64,000 bases of DNA from a virus (IMGVR_UViG_3300010355_001317:1-64000); one strand, 5' to 3'; counted from the stretch's first letter, positions 55,896-64,000 are shown. Notes: generated by a model from the letters alone, not told the origin. Made by a program: numbers and translations.

Positions 55896-57119
55896 TTGAA
55901 TAAAGTAAATTATAAAATGTTGAAAACATATAAATACAGACTCTATCCTACATCCAATCAAATTGTTTTATTCGAAAAACATTTTGGTTGTGCTCGATTT
56001 GTCTATAATTGGGGATTACAAACAAAAATCGATGCTTATCAAAAAGAAAGTAAATCATTATCATTTTACTCTCTTATACCATTACTTGCAAAACTTAAAA
56101 GTGAACCTGGTAAAGAATGGTTATATGAAGTTAATAGCCAATCTCTACAAAATTCTCTTTTTAATCTGGATAAAGCATTTACTAAATTCTTTCGAGATAA
56201 AAAAGGATTTCCTAAATTCAAATCTAAAAAGAATAATAGACAATCTTTCCAAATACCCCAAAATACTAAAATTGATTTCGAATCAAATAGAATCTCAGTA
56301 CCGAAAATAAAAAGTATTAAAGCTAAAATATCAAGAAAATTTGAAGGTAAAATAAAAACGTCTACTATTTCTAAAACTCCTACAGGTAAATTCTTTATTT
56401 CAATACTTGTTGAAACTCCTGATGATATACAATCTAAACCAAGTATAAAAGAAAATAAAACAATAGGAATAGATTTAGGACTTACACATTTTGCTATATT
56501 ATCAAATGGAATTAAAATTGATTCACCAAAGTTTTTAAAGAAATCCTCTCATCGCTTAAAATTATTACAAAGGAGATTATCAAGAAAAGTAAAAGGATCT
56601 AACAATAGAAATAAATCTAGATTAAAAGTAGCTTTATTGCATGAAAAGATAGAAAACCAAAGATTAGATTTTCTACATAAATTAACATATTTTTTAACCC
56701 ATGATAACCAAGTGGATACAATATGTTTAGAAAATCTTAATATTTCTGGAATGTTAAAAAACCATAAACTAGCATGTTCTATTTCAGATGCTTCTTGGAG
56801 TAAATTTATTGAGCTTTTGAAATACAAATGTGACTGGTATGGTAAAAATTTATTATTTATAGGTAGATTTGAACCTTCTTCAAAAATGTGTTCATGCGGA
56901 GCAATTAATCAGCTTCTTACACTAGCAGATAGAAGTTGGATTTGTCCTTCATGTAAAACGTTAATTGAAGATAGAGACATACATGCTGCCTTAAATATTA
57001 AAAAATTTGCACTTCAAAAACAAAATATAGTAGGGTGGGAATCACCCGAATTTACGCTTGCCAAATATGATTCTTTTATTGAATCAGGGCAAGAATCTTT
57101 TGCCTTTAGACAAAAGTAG
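55896..57119 (+). CDS. tnpB: IS200/IS605-family TnpB (second, divergent copy); solo
   Basis: N-terminal YKYRLYPT...FGCARFVYNWGL, RuvC-I IGIDLGL, RuvC-II ICLENLN, zinc finger CSCG...CPSC, RuvC-III RDIHAALNI. Confidence 0.9.
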   Translation: MNKVNYKMLKTYKYRLYPTSNQIVLFEKHFGCARFVYNWGLQTKIDAYQKESKSLSFYSLIPLLAKLKSEPGKEWLYEVNSQSLQNSLFNLDKAFTKFFRDKKGFPKFKSKKNNRQSFQIPQNTKIDFESNRISVPKIKSIKAKISRKFEGKIKTSTISKTPTGKFFISILVETPDDIQSKPSIKENKTIGIDLGLTHFAILSNGIKIDSPKFLKKSSHRLKLLQRRLSRKVKGSNNRNKSRLKVALLHEKIENQRLDFLHKLTYFLTHDNQVDTICLENLNISGMLKNHKLACSISDASWSKFIELLKYKCDWYGKNLLFIGRFEPSSKMCSCGAINQLLTLADRSWICPSCKTLIEDRDIHAALNIKKFALQKQNIVGWESPEFTLAKYDSFIESGQESFAFRQK

Positions 57120-57120
57120 T

Positions 57121-57858
57121 TCAATAACTCCTATCTTCTGGTTTAACATAAGCCATTTGTAATCTATTAAATATCTCTTGCTCACTTGCGGATAAAAGCT
57201 TTATTCCCTCATGATTATATAAACCATTTTGATTCAGCTTCAGTGCGAACGATTTTGCTCTTCCTCTCATCATGATATTAAAATTTTGTGAGCCTGTAAG
57301 ATATAGGAGACCTGCACCCCATCCGTCAGGCTCTACTCCTCTAAAATTAATTGGAATGTTATTATGGATAATATCCATATTAACATTTCCTTTATTTACT
57401 ATCTTGCAATCAAAAGCATTCGCAATTGATTCCCAATAATACATCTTATCTATTTCGAATAATATATCAATGTCACCTATATCCTTTCTTCCTCTTCTGT
57501 ATGAGCCACAAATTTCAAACTTGATATTTAATTCTTTTGCTTTATCAAGTAAGTCTTGTATACGAAAAATTACTTCATCACGATCATATCGAATAGAATC
57601 TGATTTACCTGTTCTAGCAATGCTAGAATGCAGTTTTACTTTCTCACCTTTAACTGTTTTAAATTCTTTATATTCTTTTATAATAGTACTAATAGATTCA
57701 CCTACACCTCTAATAATTCTAAAATCAGAAAGAGAAGAGATATCAACTGGATAAGCAGCAATGGTTGAAGCTGCAGAATAGTAAGCTTGCTTTTTATATT
57801 TATGTTCTTCTTTTTGAGCAAGTAGTTTTAATATTTCACTTATCTCTTTATTGAACAC
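57121..57858 (-). CDS. compact family X DNA polymerase (Pol beta-like)
   Basis: HhH IRGVGESI, NTase motif ICGSYRRGRKDIGDIDIL, C-terminal LYLTGSQNFNIMMRGRAKSFALKLNQNGLY...EQEIFNRLQMAYVKPEDR. Confidence 0.85.
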   Translation of the reverse strand: MFNKEISEILKLLAQKEEHKYKKQAYYSAASTIAAYPVDISSLSDFRIIRGVGESISTIIKEYKEFKTVKGEKVKLHSSIARTGKSDSIRYDRDEVIFRIQDLLDKAKELNIKFEICGSYRRGRKDIGDIDILFEIDKMYYWESIANAFDCKIVNKGNVNMDIIHNNIPINFRGVEPDGWGAGLLYLTGSQNFNIMMRGRAKSFALKLNQNGLYNHEGIKLLSASEQEIFNRLQMAYVKPEDRSY

Positions 57859-57867
57859 TTCATTCTC

Positions 57868-58113
57868 CTAGAAAGGAATAATCACTTTTTCTTTTATTAA
57901 TTTCTTAAGTAAATTGATACCTTCTGACGTATGATATTGTATAAATGCACTATGATCTTTTGTGTCATAACAAATTGTATTAATAGAGTTTTTTCTATCT
58001 ATCTTAAATACTTGACCCTTCTTCTGGGTTAGATACGCTAAAGGAATGTAGCATGATCTAGCTTTTGGAAATTCATAATCCTTAGTTAAAATAAATCTTT
58101 TCGGAAACTTCAT
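57868..58113 (-). CDS. small protein, PKRFIF subfamily
   Basis: MKFPKRFILTKDYEF ... tail LIKEKVIIPF. Confidence 0.45.
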   Translation of the reverse strand: MKFPKRFILTKDYEFPKARSCYIPLAYLTQKKGQVFKIDRKNSINTICYDTKDHSAFIQYHTSEGINLLKKLIKEKVIIPF

Positions 58114-58353
58114 ATCTTATTACCATCTTTATCACAGAAGAAAAGTAAATTCTCTTTAAGCATCTTTCTAAAATCAGAAGAATAAATAAATTGACTACAG
58201 TGTGCATTGCAAGATAAAAATATTAACTCTGACTGCGGAGTAGAAGAATCTGCTGTATTTGGGACAACAAGATAAATATATTGTGGATTTAATGAAAAGT
58301 AACTTCAGCTTTAGGTCTTCTCCAGTTAATATGGTTACGAGGTTTAATATACA

Positions 58354-58578
58354 TTAAAGTTTATCTCCTTTTTTGGAGCAAAAATAAATAAGATTCTCTT
58401 TAATTAATCTTCTAAAATCTTTAACTGAAATACTCTGGCCATATCCTAGTGTTAAGCTCTGTAATCGAACTCTGTCATTCCAATGACAAGATACTTCATA
58501 AGCATCTACATATAAAGTAAATCCTATTTCATAATCTCCTGTTTTGGTTGCTATCATATGATAAGGTTTAATATACAT
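58354..58578 (-). CDS. small protein, family A (array member)
   Basis: tail DFRRLIKENLIYFCSKKGDKL. Confidence 0.5.
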   Translation of the reverse strand: MYIKPYHMIATKTGDYEIGFTLYVDAYEVSCHWNDRVRLQSLTLGYGQSISVKDFRRLIKENLIYFCSKKGDKL

Positions 58579-58814
58579 TATATTAAATCACCATTTTCGT
58601 CACAAATACCAAGTATATTCTTTTTGATTAGTTCTCTAAAATCAGATACGGTAACATATTGTTTCTTAGATCTATCTAAACTTATTAGAATCAAGCAAGG
58701 TGCATCATGATAATCAGAAGTATTAATAACTTCATAAATAATATTACCATGTAAAGTAAAAGATAAATTTCCACCAAAAGAAATTTTTTGATTATCAGTT
58801 AATTTAACAACCAT
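58578..58814 (-). CDS. small protein, family A (array member)
   Basis: tail DFRELIKKNILGICDENGDLI. Confidence 0.5.
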   Translation of the reverse strand: MVVKLTDNQKISFGGNLSFTLHGNIIYEVINTSDYHDAPCLILISLDRSKKQYVTVSDFRELIKKNILGICDENGDLI

Positions 58815-58837
58815 ATATTATCCTAAATATCTAATGT

Positions 58838-58923
58838 GCCCAGAGCGGGAATTGAACCCGCATGACTTCAACAGTCGAGGGATTTTAAGTCCCTTGTGTC
58901 TACCAGATTCCACCATCTGGGCT
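58838..58923 (-). tRNA. tRNA-Leu (TAA anticodon), type II
   Basis: Acceptor GCCCAGA/TCTGGGC, D-arm GTGGAATCTGGTAGACAC, anticodon arm AGGGA-CTTAAAA-TCCCT, long variable arm GACTGTTGAAGTC, T-arm CGGGTTCAATTCCCG. Confidence 0.85.
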
Positions 58924-58929
58924 AATTTA

Positions 58930-59145
58930 CTACTCTATAACTACTGAAATAATCTTTTGTTTTAAAAAATCTCTAAACTCATTTCTAGTTATTACTATGC
59001 ATGAACCTCCTACTTGTGATAAGCAAACATTTAAATTATTTAACTCCCCGTAAACATCTACATTAAGAATATTTCCTTGATAAGTTTTTGTATCTTGAAA
59101 TATTAAAGGAAGTTCCCTACTTGGTTTATTAACTTTAACTTTCAT
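58930..59145 (-). CDS. small protein, family A (array member)
   Basis: tail EFRDFLKQKIISVVIE. Confidence 0.5.
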   Translation of the reverse strand: MKVKVNKPSRELPLIFQDTKTYQGNILNVDVYGELNNLNVCLSQVGGSCIVITRNEFRDFLKQKIISVVIE

Positions 59146-59368
59146 CTTTAACTATTTCTATTATTTTATTTCTTAATAATTCTTTAAATGCTTCTCTTGA
59201 TATAATGTATCCATGATTATCAGTACCACAAATTGTTAGATATGTATCTGGAAACAATCTGTTTGGTGAATAGTTTAAATGATTTTTCCAGAGATCAATT
59301 TTGCAGGTATCATTAATAGAAAAGTATTCTGTATTACTATCTGTGTTATTTAATATTCTAACTTTCAT
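59135..59368 (-). CDS. small protein, family A (array member)
   Basis: tail AFKELLRNKIIEIVKDES. Confidence 0.5.
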   Translation of the reverse strand: MKVRILNNTDSNTEYFSINDTCKIDLWKNHLNYSPNRLFPDTYLTICGTDNHGYIISREAFKELLRNKIIEIVKDES

Positions 59369-59627
59369 TTATGTTGGATCTCACTACTCTAAAAATACCA
59401 GATCTTAGACAAAATCTAAAAGATATTTTATCTAATATAATACCCTTACCGCCTATCTTATGTAATAGTACATTATGTATATGTGTTTCTCCATATCCTT
59501 TCCAAGGAGAAACTTCCAATACATCTCCTGGTCTAAAGTTTTTATATCTCCATGCAAAAGGAAGATCCTCTTCTTCTATTAAGAGTTGAACTTGCATTTC
59601 ATTGCCCAAATTCTTTTTTACTATCAA
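59358..59627 (-). CDS. small protein, family A (array member)
   Basis: PGDVLEVSPW ... SFRFCLRSGIFRVV. Confidence 0.5.
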   Translation of the reverse strand: MIVKKNLGNEMQVQLLIEEEDLPFAWRYKNFRPGDVLEVSPWKGYGETHIHNVLLHKIGGKGIILDKISFRFCLRSGIFRVVRSNINES

Positions 59628-59847
59628 GAATTTCTATATACTCTCCAAGTAATAATTTTCTATAATTATGTTTTGAAATAAAGTAACCATGTTCGTTAAT
59701 TGGGCATATAATTAATCTATTAGATGTATCATGTGAACTTGTATTCTTGGGGTGATCTTTCCAATATCTAATTTCTAGAATATCTCCAGGTACCCAATTT
59801 TTTGTATCAGAAATAAATGGAATTGGTTTAAGTAATTTAATCTTCAT
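59599..59847 (-). CDS. small protein, family A (array member)
   Basis: PGDILEIRYW ... NYRKLLLGEYIEIL. Confidence 0.5.
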   Translation of the reverse strand: MKIKLLKPIPFISDTKNWVPGDILEIRYWKDHPKNTSSHDTSNRLIICPINEHGYFISKHNYRKLLLGEYIEILDSKKEFGQ

Positions 59848-60073
59848 ATATTAGTTCTATATAATTATTTCTAAGTAAATCTTTGAACTGTTCTCTGGTT
59901 AGAAAGTTTCCACTTTGATTTAAATCTTGTCGACAAATTGTAAGAATGTCTTTTTGACGAGAGCTTCTTTCTGACCACATTGGGTGATCTTTCCAAAGGA
60001 GTAACACAGTTATCTCATTTACTTGAAACATTTTAAGCTTGTCATGTGAGTTATTTATAATTCTGCATTTCAT
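59837..60073 (-). CDS. small protein, family A (array member)
   Basis: tail QFKDLLRNNYIELIYED. Confidence 0.5.
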   Translation of the reverse strand: MKCRIINNSHDKLKMFQVNEITVLLLWKDHPMWSERSSRQKDILTICRQDLNQSGNFLTREQFKDLLRNNYIELIYED

Positions 60074-60309
60074 TGTATATCTTCTTCTATTATTTTAATT
60101 TTATGTTCTCTTAAAAGTTTCTTAAATATTTTTCTATCTATAAACCAACCTGTGTTTTGCATATCTTTACACAAGATCAAAGTATCCGATTCTCTGGGAC
60201 CTCCGATACGATAATGGGAATGATGTTTATATAAACAAATTTCAGCAGTAGTACCTTCTTTCCATATCTTACTCCATATCTCAAAACTTTTAAGTATAAA
60301 AATTTTCAT
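60070..60309 (-). CDS. small protein, family A (array member)
   Basis: tail IFKKLLREHKIKIIEED. Confidence 0.5.
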   Translation of the reverse strand: MKIFILKSFEIWSKIWKEGTTAEICLYKHHSHYRIGGPRESDTLILCKDMQNTGWFIDRKIFKKLLREHKIKIIEEDIQ

Positions 60310-60312
60310 AAG

Positions 60313-60531
60313 TTATATCTCTTTTTTAAAAGGAAGAATAGCGTTATCCTTAATATGAAAATTTAGACTTTCTTTGGATGTATAAATAAATCTCTTTCTA
60401 TTTACTACTGATCGTAATATAAAGTTTGTATAAGACTTAGTGTATGATACTGTTACAACCTCTCCTCTTTTGAATTGAGTTGTATAAGACCGAATAGAAT
60501 TGTCTTTCACGATTATAACGTAAACTTTCAA
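60313..60531 (-). CDS. small protein, family A-like (array member)
   Basis: tail NFHIKDNAILPFKKEI. Confidence 0.45.
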   Translation of the reverse strand: MKVYVIIVKDNSIRSYTTQFKRGEVVTVSYTKSYTNFILRSVVNRKRFIYTSKESLNFHIKDNAILPFKKEI

Positions 60532-60794
60532 ATGTCAAATCCTTGCCTTTGTACCTCTTCTTCGATTACACGAAAGGGTGGTTTAATATCTGTTGTTATT
60601 ATGTTGTCTAAGAATTGATCAGAATAAGATGCTAACTTATAATGATCTTCGAATAATTTTTTTTTCAAATCTGTTCTGTTGCATATATGAAATAGTAATC
60701 TTAACTCTTCTATTGATTCACAATAGAAAGATACAATAACTGATTGAAATTCTTGTTCTTCTTCCTTCTCTTTTCTTGTAAGAAAAAATTTCAT
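60528..60794 (-). CDS. hypothetical protein
   Basis: 88 aa. Confidence 0.4.
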   Translation of the reverse strand: MKFFLTRKEKEEEQEFQSVIVSFYCESIEELRLLFHICNRTDLKKKLFEDHYKLASYSDQFLDNIITTDIKPPFRVIEEEVQRQGFDI

Positions 60795-60796
60795 AG

Positions 60797-61021
60797 TTAA
60801 TTATCCTGATTTAATATAATTTGTTTTTCAACTTCAGATATACCTATTAATTCTACCTGGCTTTCTAGAATACCGTAACGATAAGATTTACCATCCCAAT
60901 TGTCTGGCTGAAATCTTATATAAGAATCAGACGCATATTCGCAAACAATACCAGTAACACCCTTTTTTATCCATTCATTTTTTAAAGTTCTAACTCTATC
61001 ACCTATTTTAAACTTATGCAT
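60797..61021 (-). CDS. KOW/SH3-like small protein with IILNQ C-terminal tag
   Basis: N-terminal MHKFKIGDRVRT; tail EVEKQIILNQDN-stop. Confidence 0.5.
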   Translation of the reverse strand: MHKFKIGDRVRTLKNEWIKKGVTGIVCEYASDSYIRFQPDNWDGKSYRYGILESQVELIGISEVEKQIILNQDN

Positions 61022-61023
61022 AG

Positions 61024-61317
61024 TTAGTTGTTCTGATTTAGGATAATTTGCTTCTCATCGTTATAAGATATACAATTTATAGGAATAGTTTCTACTGGAT
61101 TACCTTCAATCAAATCTAAACTGTTAGGTGAAAAGTTAGCAGTATATCTTTGCTGAAATATATAAGCTTCTCTTTCAAAAACAACAACAATAAGAAACTT
61201 ATCCCTACATCCTCTATAATAACTTTGAATGTCAAGAATTGTACCTACCTTACCACGAAGATTATGTTGAGTAGATCTTCTATTAACTCTAACCTTATCA
61301 CCCACATTAAATTTCAT
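61024..61317 (-). CDS. KOW/SH3-like small protein with IILNQ C-terminal tag
   Basis: N-terminal MKFNVGDKVRV; tail NDEKQIILNQNN-stop. Confidence 0.5.
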   Translation of the reverse strand: MKFNVGDKVRVNRRSTQHNLRGKVGTILDIQSYYRGCRDKFLIVVVFEREAYIFQQRYTANFSPNSLDLIEGNPVETIPINCISYNDEKQIILNQNN

Positions 61318-61318
61318 A

Positions 61319-61528
61319 TTAGATATCCTGATTAAGAGTTATTTTCTTTTCTTCAATCAAAATTGAATTGAAGTTTAATTGATCAATTGATTGTAAATCT
61401 TTTTCTGAGCATTGTTTTCTACAGGAAGGGTCTGTTTCCTTCACACAAATAAACCATTTCTGTTTACACCCGTGCCATATTTGATAGTCAATATTCAATA
61501 TCTCTTTAGGAGTTTCTTCTTTAAACAC
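61319..61528 (-). CDS. Cys-containing small protein with ITLNQ C-terminal tag
   Basis: tail EEKKITLNQDI-stop. Confidence 0.45.
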   Translation of the reverse strand: MFKEETPKEILNIDYQIWHGCKQKWFICVKETDPSCRKQCSEKDLQSIDQLNFNSILIEEKKITLNQDI

Positions 61529-61550
61529 TCAAACACTATCTTTTTTCATT

Positions 61551-61808
61551 TCAAACATCCTGATTAAGAATTATTTGTGATTCATCAAGAACATAACTCA
61601 AACATATTAACCCAACATGCCTAATAGGAATGACAAAAGAATTTTCTTTTAGAGTAATAGCTGGTATATTTCCATATAATCGAATAACTGCTTTAATAGT
61701 AAATATTTTATCTATTAAACCATACATCTTTCCATCCCAGCTATATCTTACAATATCATCTTCTAGTGAAGAACAAACCCTTACTTTATCGCCAATCTTA
61801 AGATCCAT
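61551..61808 (-). CDS. KOW/SH3-like small protein with IILNQ C-terminal tag
   Basis: N-terminal MDLKIGDKVRV; tail DESQIILNQDV-stop. Confidence 0.5.
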   Translation of the reverse strand: MDLKIGDKVRVCSSLEDDIVRYSWDGKMYGLIDKIFTIKAVIRLYGNIPAITLKENSFVIPIRHVGLICLSYVLDESQIILNQDV

Positions 61809-61921
61809 TATATTTAATCCCTCTTTTGTGATTTAATTGATGTATTTATAAAAGATCTGCTACAGACATGCAGCAGATCTTGAGATAAATAAACCTAAAT
61901 TAAACTCTGTTAATACTTCCG

Positions 61922-62251
61922 TTACTTCATCTCTTCGCCGAACATGAAGACGTATTCTTTCTTGATCTTTGCCTGCATTTCGGTCAAGCGCTCGATCATG
62001 CGCTGAGCTTCGATAACATTGTTCACATTGTAGTCTTTGAAGTTCAGTCTTTCTTTTTCAATGATAGCTTCCTGATCGATTTTTTTGTTTTCTGCATCAT
62101 CGTAAGCAGCGGACATCTTGCGTTGAATGGCTTTGCGAATTTGCGGCTTCTTCGCCGCTTCCAGCACTTCTTTCGCAGCACCGAAAAATTTGTCGAAAAA
62201 ACATCCTTCTCCTTCTGCTACTTCAGTGATTTCTTTTTCGTCTTTTGCCAT
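61922..62251 (-). CDS. hypothetical protein, compositionally atypical (GC-rich)
   Basis: 109 aa with a strong AAGGAGG RBS. GC content well above the neighbours. Confidence 0.5.
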   Translation of the reverse strand: MAKDEKEITEVAEGEGCFFDKFFGAAKEVLEAAKKPQIRKAIQRKMSAAYDDAENKKIDQEAIIEKERLNFKDYNVNNVIEAQRMIERLTEMQAKIKKEYVFMFGEEMK

Positions 62252-62271
62252 ATTAATGGCCTCCTTTATAT

Positions 62272-62520
62272 TTAGTTTTGATTTAATATTATTTGTTCTT
62301 CTTCTAAAAAGAACGTTGTTTGTAGAGTTCTGATTCTCTCAAGCTCCTTAATAGCATATTCTTTTATCTGATCTGTTGAGAGTAAGTTGCGTGTAACAAA
62401 ATTAAAACAAGGATGCTTATCAAGGAGATGTTCGCAATGAGTATCGCAATTAATCCCCCAACAACTTCCGTTTTGGGAAATAAGTTCTTCTAAAAGATTT
62501 TCTTTGCTTATAATCTTCAT
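62272..62520 (-). CDS. small protein with IILNQ C-terminal tag
   Basis: tail FLEEEQIILNQN-stop. Confidence 0.45.
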   Translation of the reverse strand: MKIISKENLLEELISQNGSCWGINCDTHCEHLLDKHPCFNFVTRNLLSTDQIKEYAIKELERIRTLQTTFFLEEEQIILNQN

Positions 62521-62522
62521 AT

Positions 62523-63158
62523 TTAACTCTCTATCTTGATTGATGAAGCAACTCTTTCGAAGTATTCAAGAATTTTTCTCCCTTCTTCATCCTGAAGCAA
62601 TGCTTTCTTCAACAGAGCTGCACGAAGCTTTCTTGCTTGCTTAGGTAATTCCTTTATTTCTTTTTCAAGAGAAGAGATCTTTCCATATAATGATGTTTTT
62701 TTCTTGTACACTTCATCATTATATTTTTCAATTTTAACTTGAAGTGGTTTGGAATAAGATATCCAAATACGTATTTCAGGGACATAGTCACCTGAAATAT
62801 TTTTACCATCTTTTAGCATTGATCGAACTTTTATTCCCTGATGATATCCAGTATCAATTCGAAATTCAACATTTTCTTGTTTAGCACCGAGGATTTCAAA
62901 ACATTTGATATGCTTTTCTTTCATTTCATTTATTTCTTTCTTTAGAAGATCTTGGATAAAAGCATCTACAGAGGCTTTTTCTACTTCTTCCAATTCTACG
63001 TTTGCTTCTTTTAACTGCTTCTCTAAAATCTCTTCCTTCTCAAGAATCATTAAGTCAATAAGTTCTTTTTTATCGACAGTAACTGTATTATCTATGATGA
63101 GTGAAGGAGCACCTTTTTGTATAACTTCGAGATCTTTCGAAACGTTTTTCTTTGTCAT
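62523..63158 (-). CDS. coiled-coil protein
   Basis: 211 aa with long K/E-rich heptads. Confidence 0.45.
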   Translation of the reverse strand: MTKKNVSKDLEVIQKGAPSLIIDNTVTVDKKELIDLMILEKEEILEKQLKEANVELEEVEKASVDAFIQDLLKKEINEMKEKHIKCFEILGAKQENVEFRIDTGYHQGIKVRSMLKDGKNISGDYVPEIRIWISYSKPLQVKIEKYNDEVYKKKTSLYGKISSLEKEIKELPKQARKLRAALLKKALLQDEEGRKILEYFERVASSIKIES

Positions 63159-63252
63159 TTTATTTCTCCTATTTGTAAATTATAAATTACGTGTATTTCT
63201 CTATAAAAATTCTTTTATATTATTCTTGAATTTCAGTAGGAACGAATTTCTC

Positions 63253-63528
63253 CTATATCTCCTGATTTAAAATAATCTGTTGTTCATCTGCTATCGAACA
63301 TATTGCTGCAGGCAAAGGTTTTGTTGTAACCATACAACTCGAAATTGCCCAAAGCTTTCCATTTTTTGGATTTGTAACATGTCCTGTTCCATCGTAAGGT
63401 TGACCAAATAGATAATCCATTCCGCCACCCACCTTAGGATCTGAGACCCAATGTAAATGTACTTTAGTTCTCCAGTCCTCACCGAATTCTTTTTCAAATT
63501 CCTCTTTAGTTTTAAATCTTAAATTCAT
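63253..63528 (-). CDS. family C protein (GGGMDYLFGQPYDG) with IILNQ C-terminal tag
   Basis: tail ADEQQIILNQEI-stop. Confidence 0.5.
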   Translation of the reverse strand: MNLRFKTKEEFEKEFGEDWRTKVHLHWVSDPKVGGGMDYLFGQPYDGTGHVTNPKNGKLWAISSCMVTTKPLPAAICSIADEQQIILNQEI

Positions 63529-63617
63529 ATAAGTACCTCAGCTAATAATAATGGTTTATTTCCTACAACTCCACCCAACCATAAAGTCCTTTCACTAGAG
63601 CGGGGCATTCGTCTCAA

Positions 63618-63718
63618 TAACAGTTTTGGGCAAAGCAGGAATCGAACCTGCGATGATAGAATTTGACGGTTCTGTTGCAATCCAGTATCTATCTCACGCT
63701 TAGCGTTTACCACTTCGC
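63618..63718 (-). ncRNA. non-canonical tRNA-like RNA (about 101 nt): acceptor, D-arm and T-arm with an enlarged central hairpin in place of the anticodon arm
   Basis: Acceptor GGGCAAA/TTTGCCC+A, D-arm GCGAAGTGGTAAACGC, T-arm GCAGG-TTCGATT-CCTGC. The central part is a 6-bp stem GATAGA/TCTATC enclosing about 28 nt. Confidence 0.4.
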
Positions 63719-63729
63719 CATTTGCCCAT

Positions 63730-64000
63730 AACGCCGGCTTCTCACCGGCAAGGGCGTTGATACTAATGAATAAGATTAGTATCACTCCTCGAGCCACAAT
63801 GCCTTTTGTGGGGAGTTTATATAAGGAGCAAAGCTCCTGTGCTACTTTACGTTCCTGTGAGGAAGACATCGCACGCTTCCAAGCCGCCAGGATAATTTAC
63901 AAAACGCATCATCCTTCCACCCCTTGCGCCTTCCAGTTGGACCTACGGCACTATTATTTTGCGGGGATTGAGTTAGGGGACTCTCTACTTTAGGTTGTCT
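63730..64000. ncRNA. GC-rich structured non-coding region, truncated by the window end
   Basis: The only ORFs (63525..63869 -, 63757..63993 +) look like spurious ORFs in a GC-rich stretch. Multiple hairpins are visible, e.g. GCCGGCTTCTCACCGGC. Confidence 0.25.

Noticed and set aside
63525-63869. 114-aa minus ORF and the 63757..63993 plus ORF
   Set aside because: Both lie in a GC-rich hairpin-rich stretch that contains a tRNA-like structure. Their composition is Leu/Arg/Gly/Ala-rich, unlike every other protein here, so they were treated as spurious ORFs over an ncRNA.
63730-64000. tmRNA
   Set aside because: No tag reading frame ending in a canonical …ALAA-stop could be found by eye in either orientation, and the tRNA-like part has a complete D-arm, unlike tmRNA. 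It is left as an unresolved structured RNA.

Overview
This window looks like a segment of a large virulent phage genome, jumbo-phage-like, from a low-GC Gram-negative host. It is strongly AT-rich and densely packed, and nearly all genes lie on the minus strand with short gaps and ATGA-type start/stop overlaps. Support for the phage call: two free-standing GIY-YIG homing endonucleases with NUMOD3 repeats, two solo IS605-family TnpB genes on the opposite (+) strand, and embedded tRNA genes (tRNA-Leu-UAA, tRNA-Met-CAT, plus tRNA-like elements). Also consistent are a nucleotide-metabolism and possible DNA-modification set (dCMP deaminase, a second CDA-fold deaminase, MazG, a dNMP kinase, a divergent ThyX-like protein, an NDT/DUF4406-fold protein), peptide deformylase, a compact Pol X, and a MoxR-AAA/vWA (CobS/CobT-like) pair. 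Further recognisable products are a DHH-DHHA1 phosphoesterase, a second AAA ATPase, an SPFH protein, a radical SAM enzyme, an SLT lytic transglycosylase, a CMP-sugar cytidylyltransferase with an SGNH esterase, secreted lipoproteins and an OMP-like protein. Two observations stand out. First, more than 30 small paralogous proteins with a conserved C-terminal motif F[KR]xLL[KR]xGxIxI sit in several tandem arrays. Second, at least seven small proteins from unrelated N-terminal families end in the same C-terminal peptide, [EQK]QI[IV]LNQ[DEN]x, immediately before the stop codon. Other points of interest are a GC-rich three-gene islet in which each gene is preceded by an almost identical Shine-Dalgarno leader, clusters of tRNA-like minihelix/T-arm elements and structured GC-rich non-coding islands, a frameshifted gene, and a decayed pseudogene between bidirectional terminators. 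No CRISPR array is present. All calls rest on reading motifs by eye and need HMM and structure-prediction confirmation.
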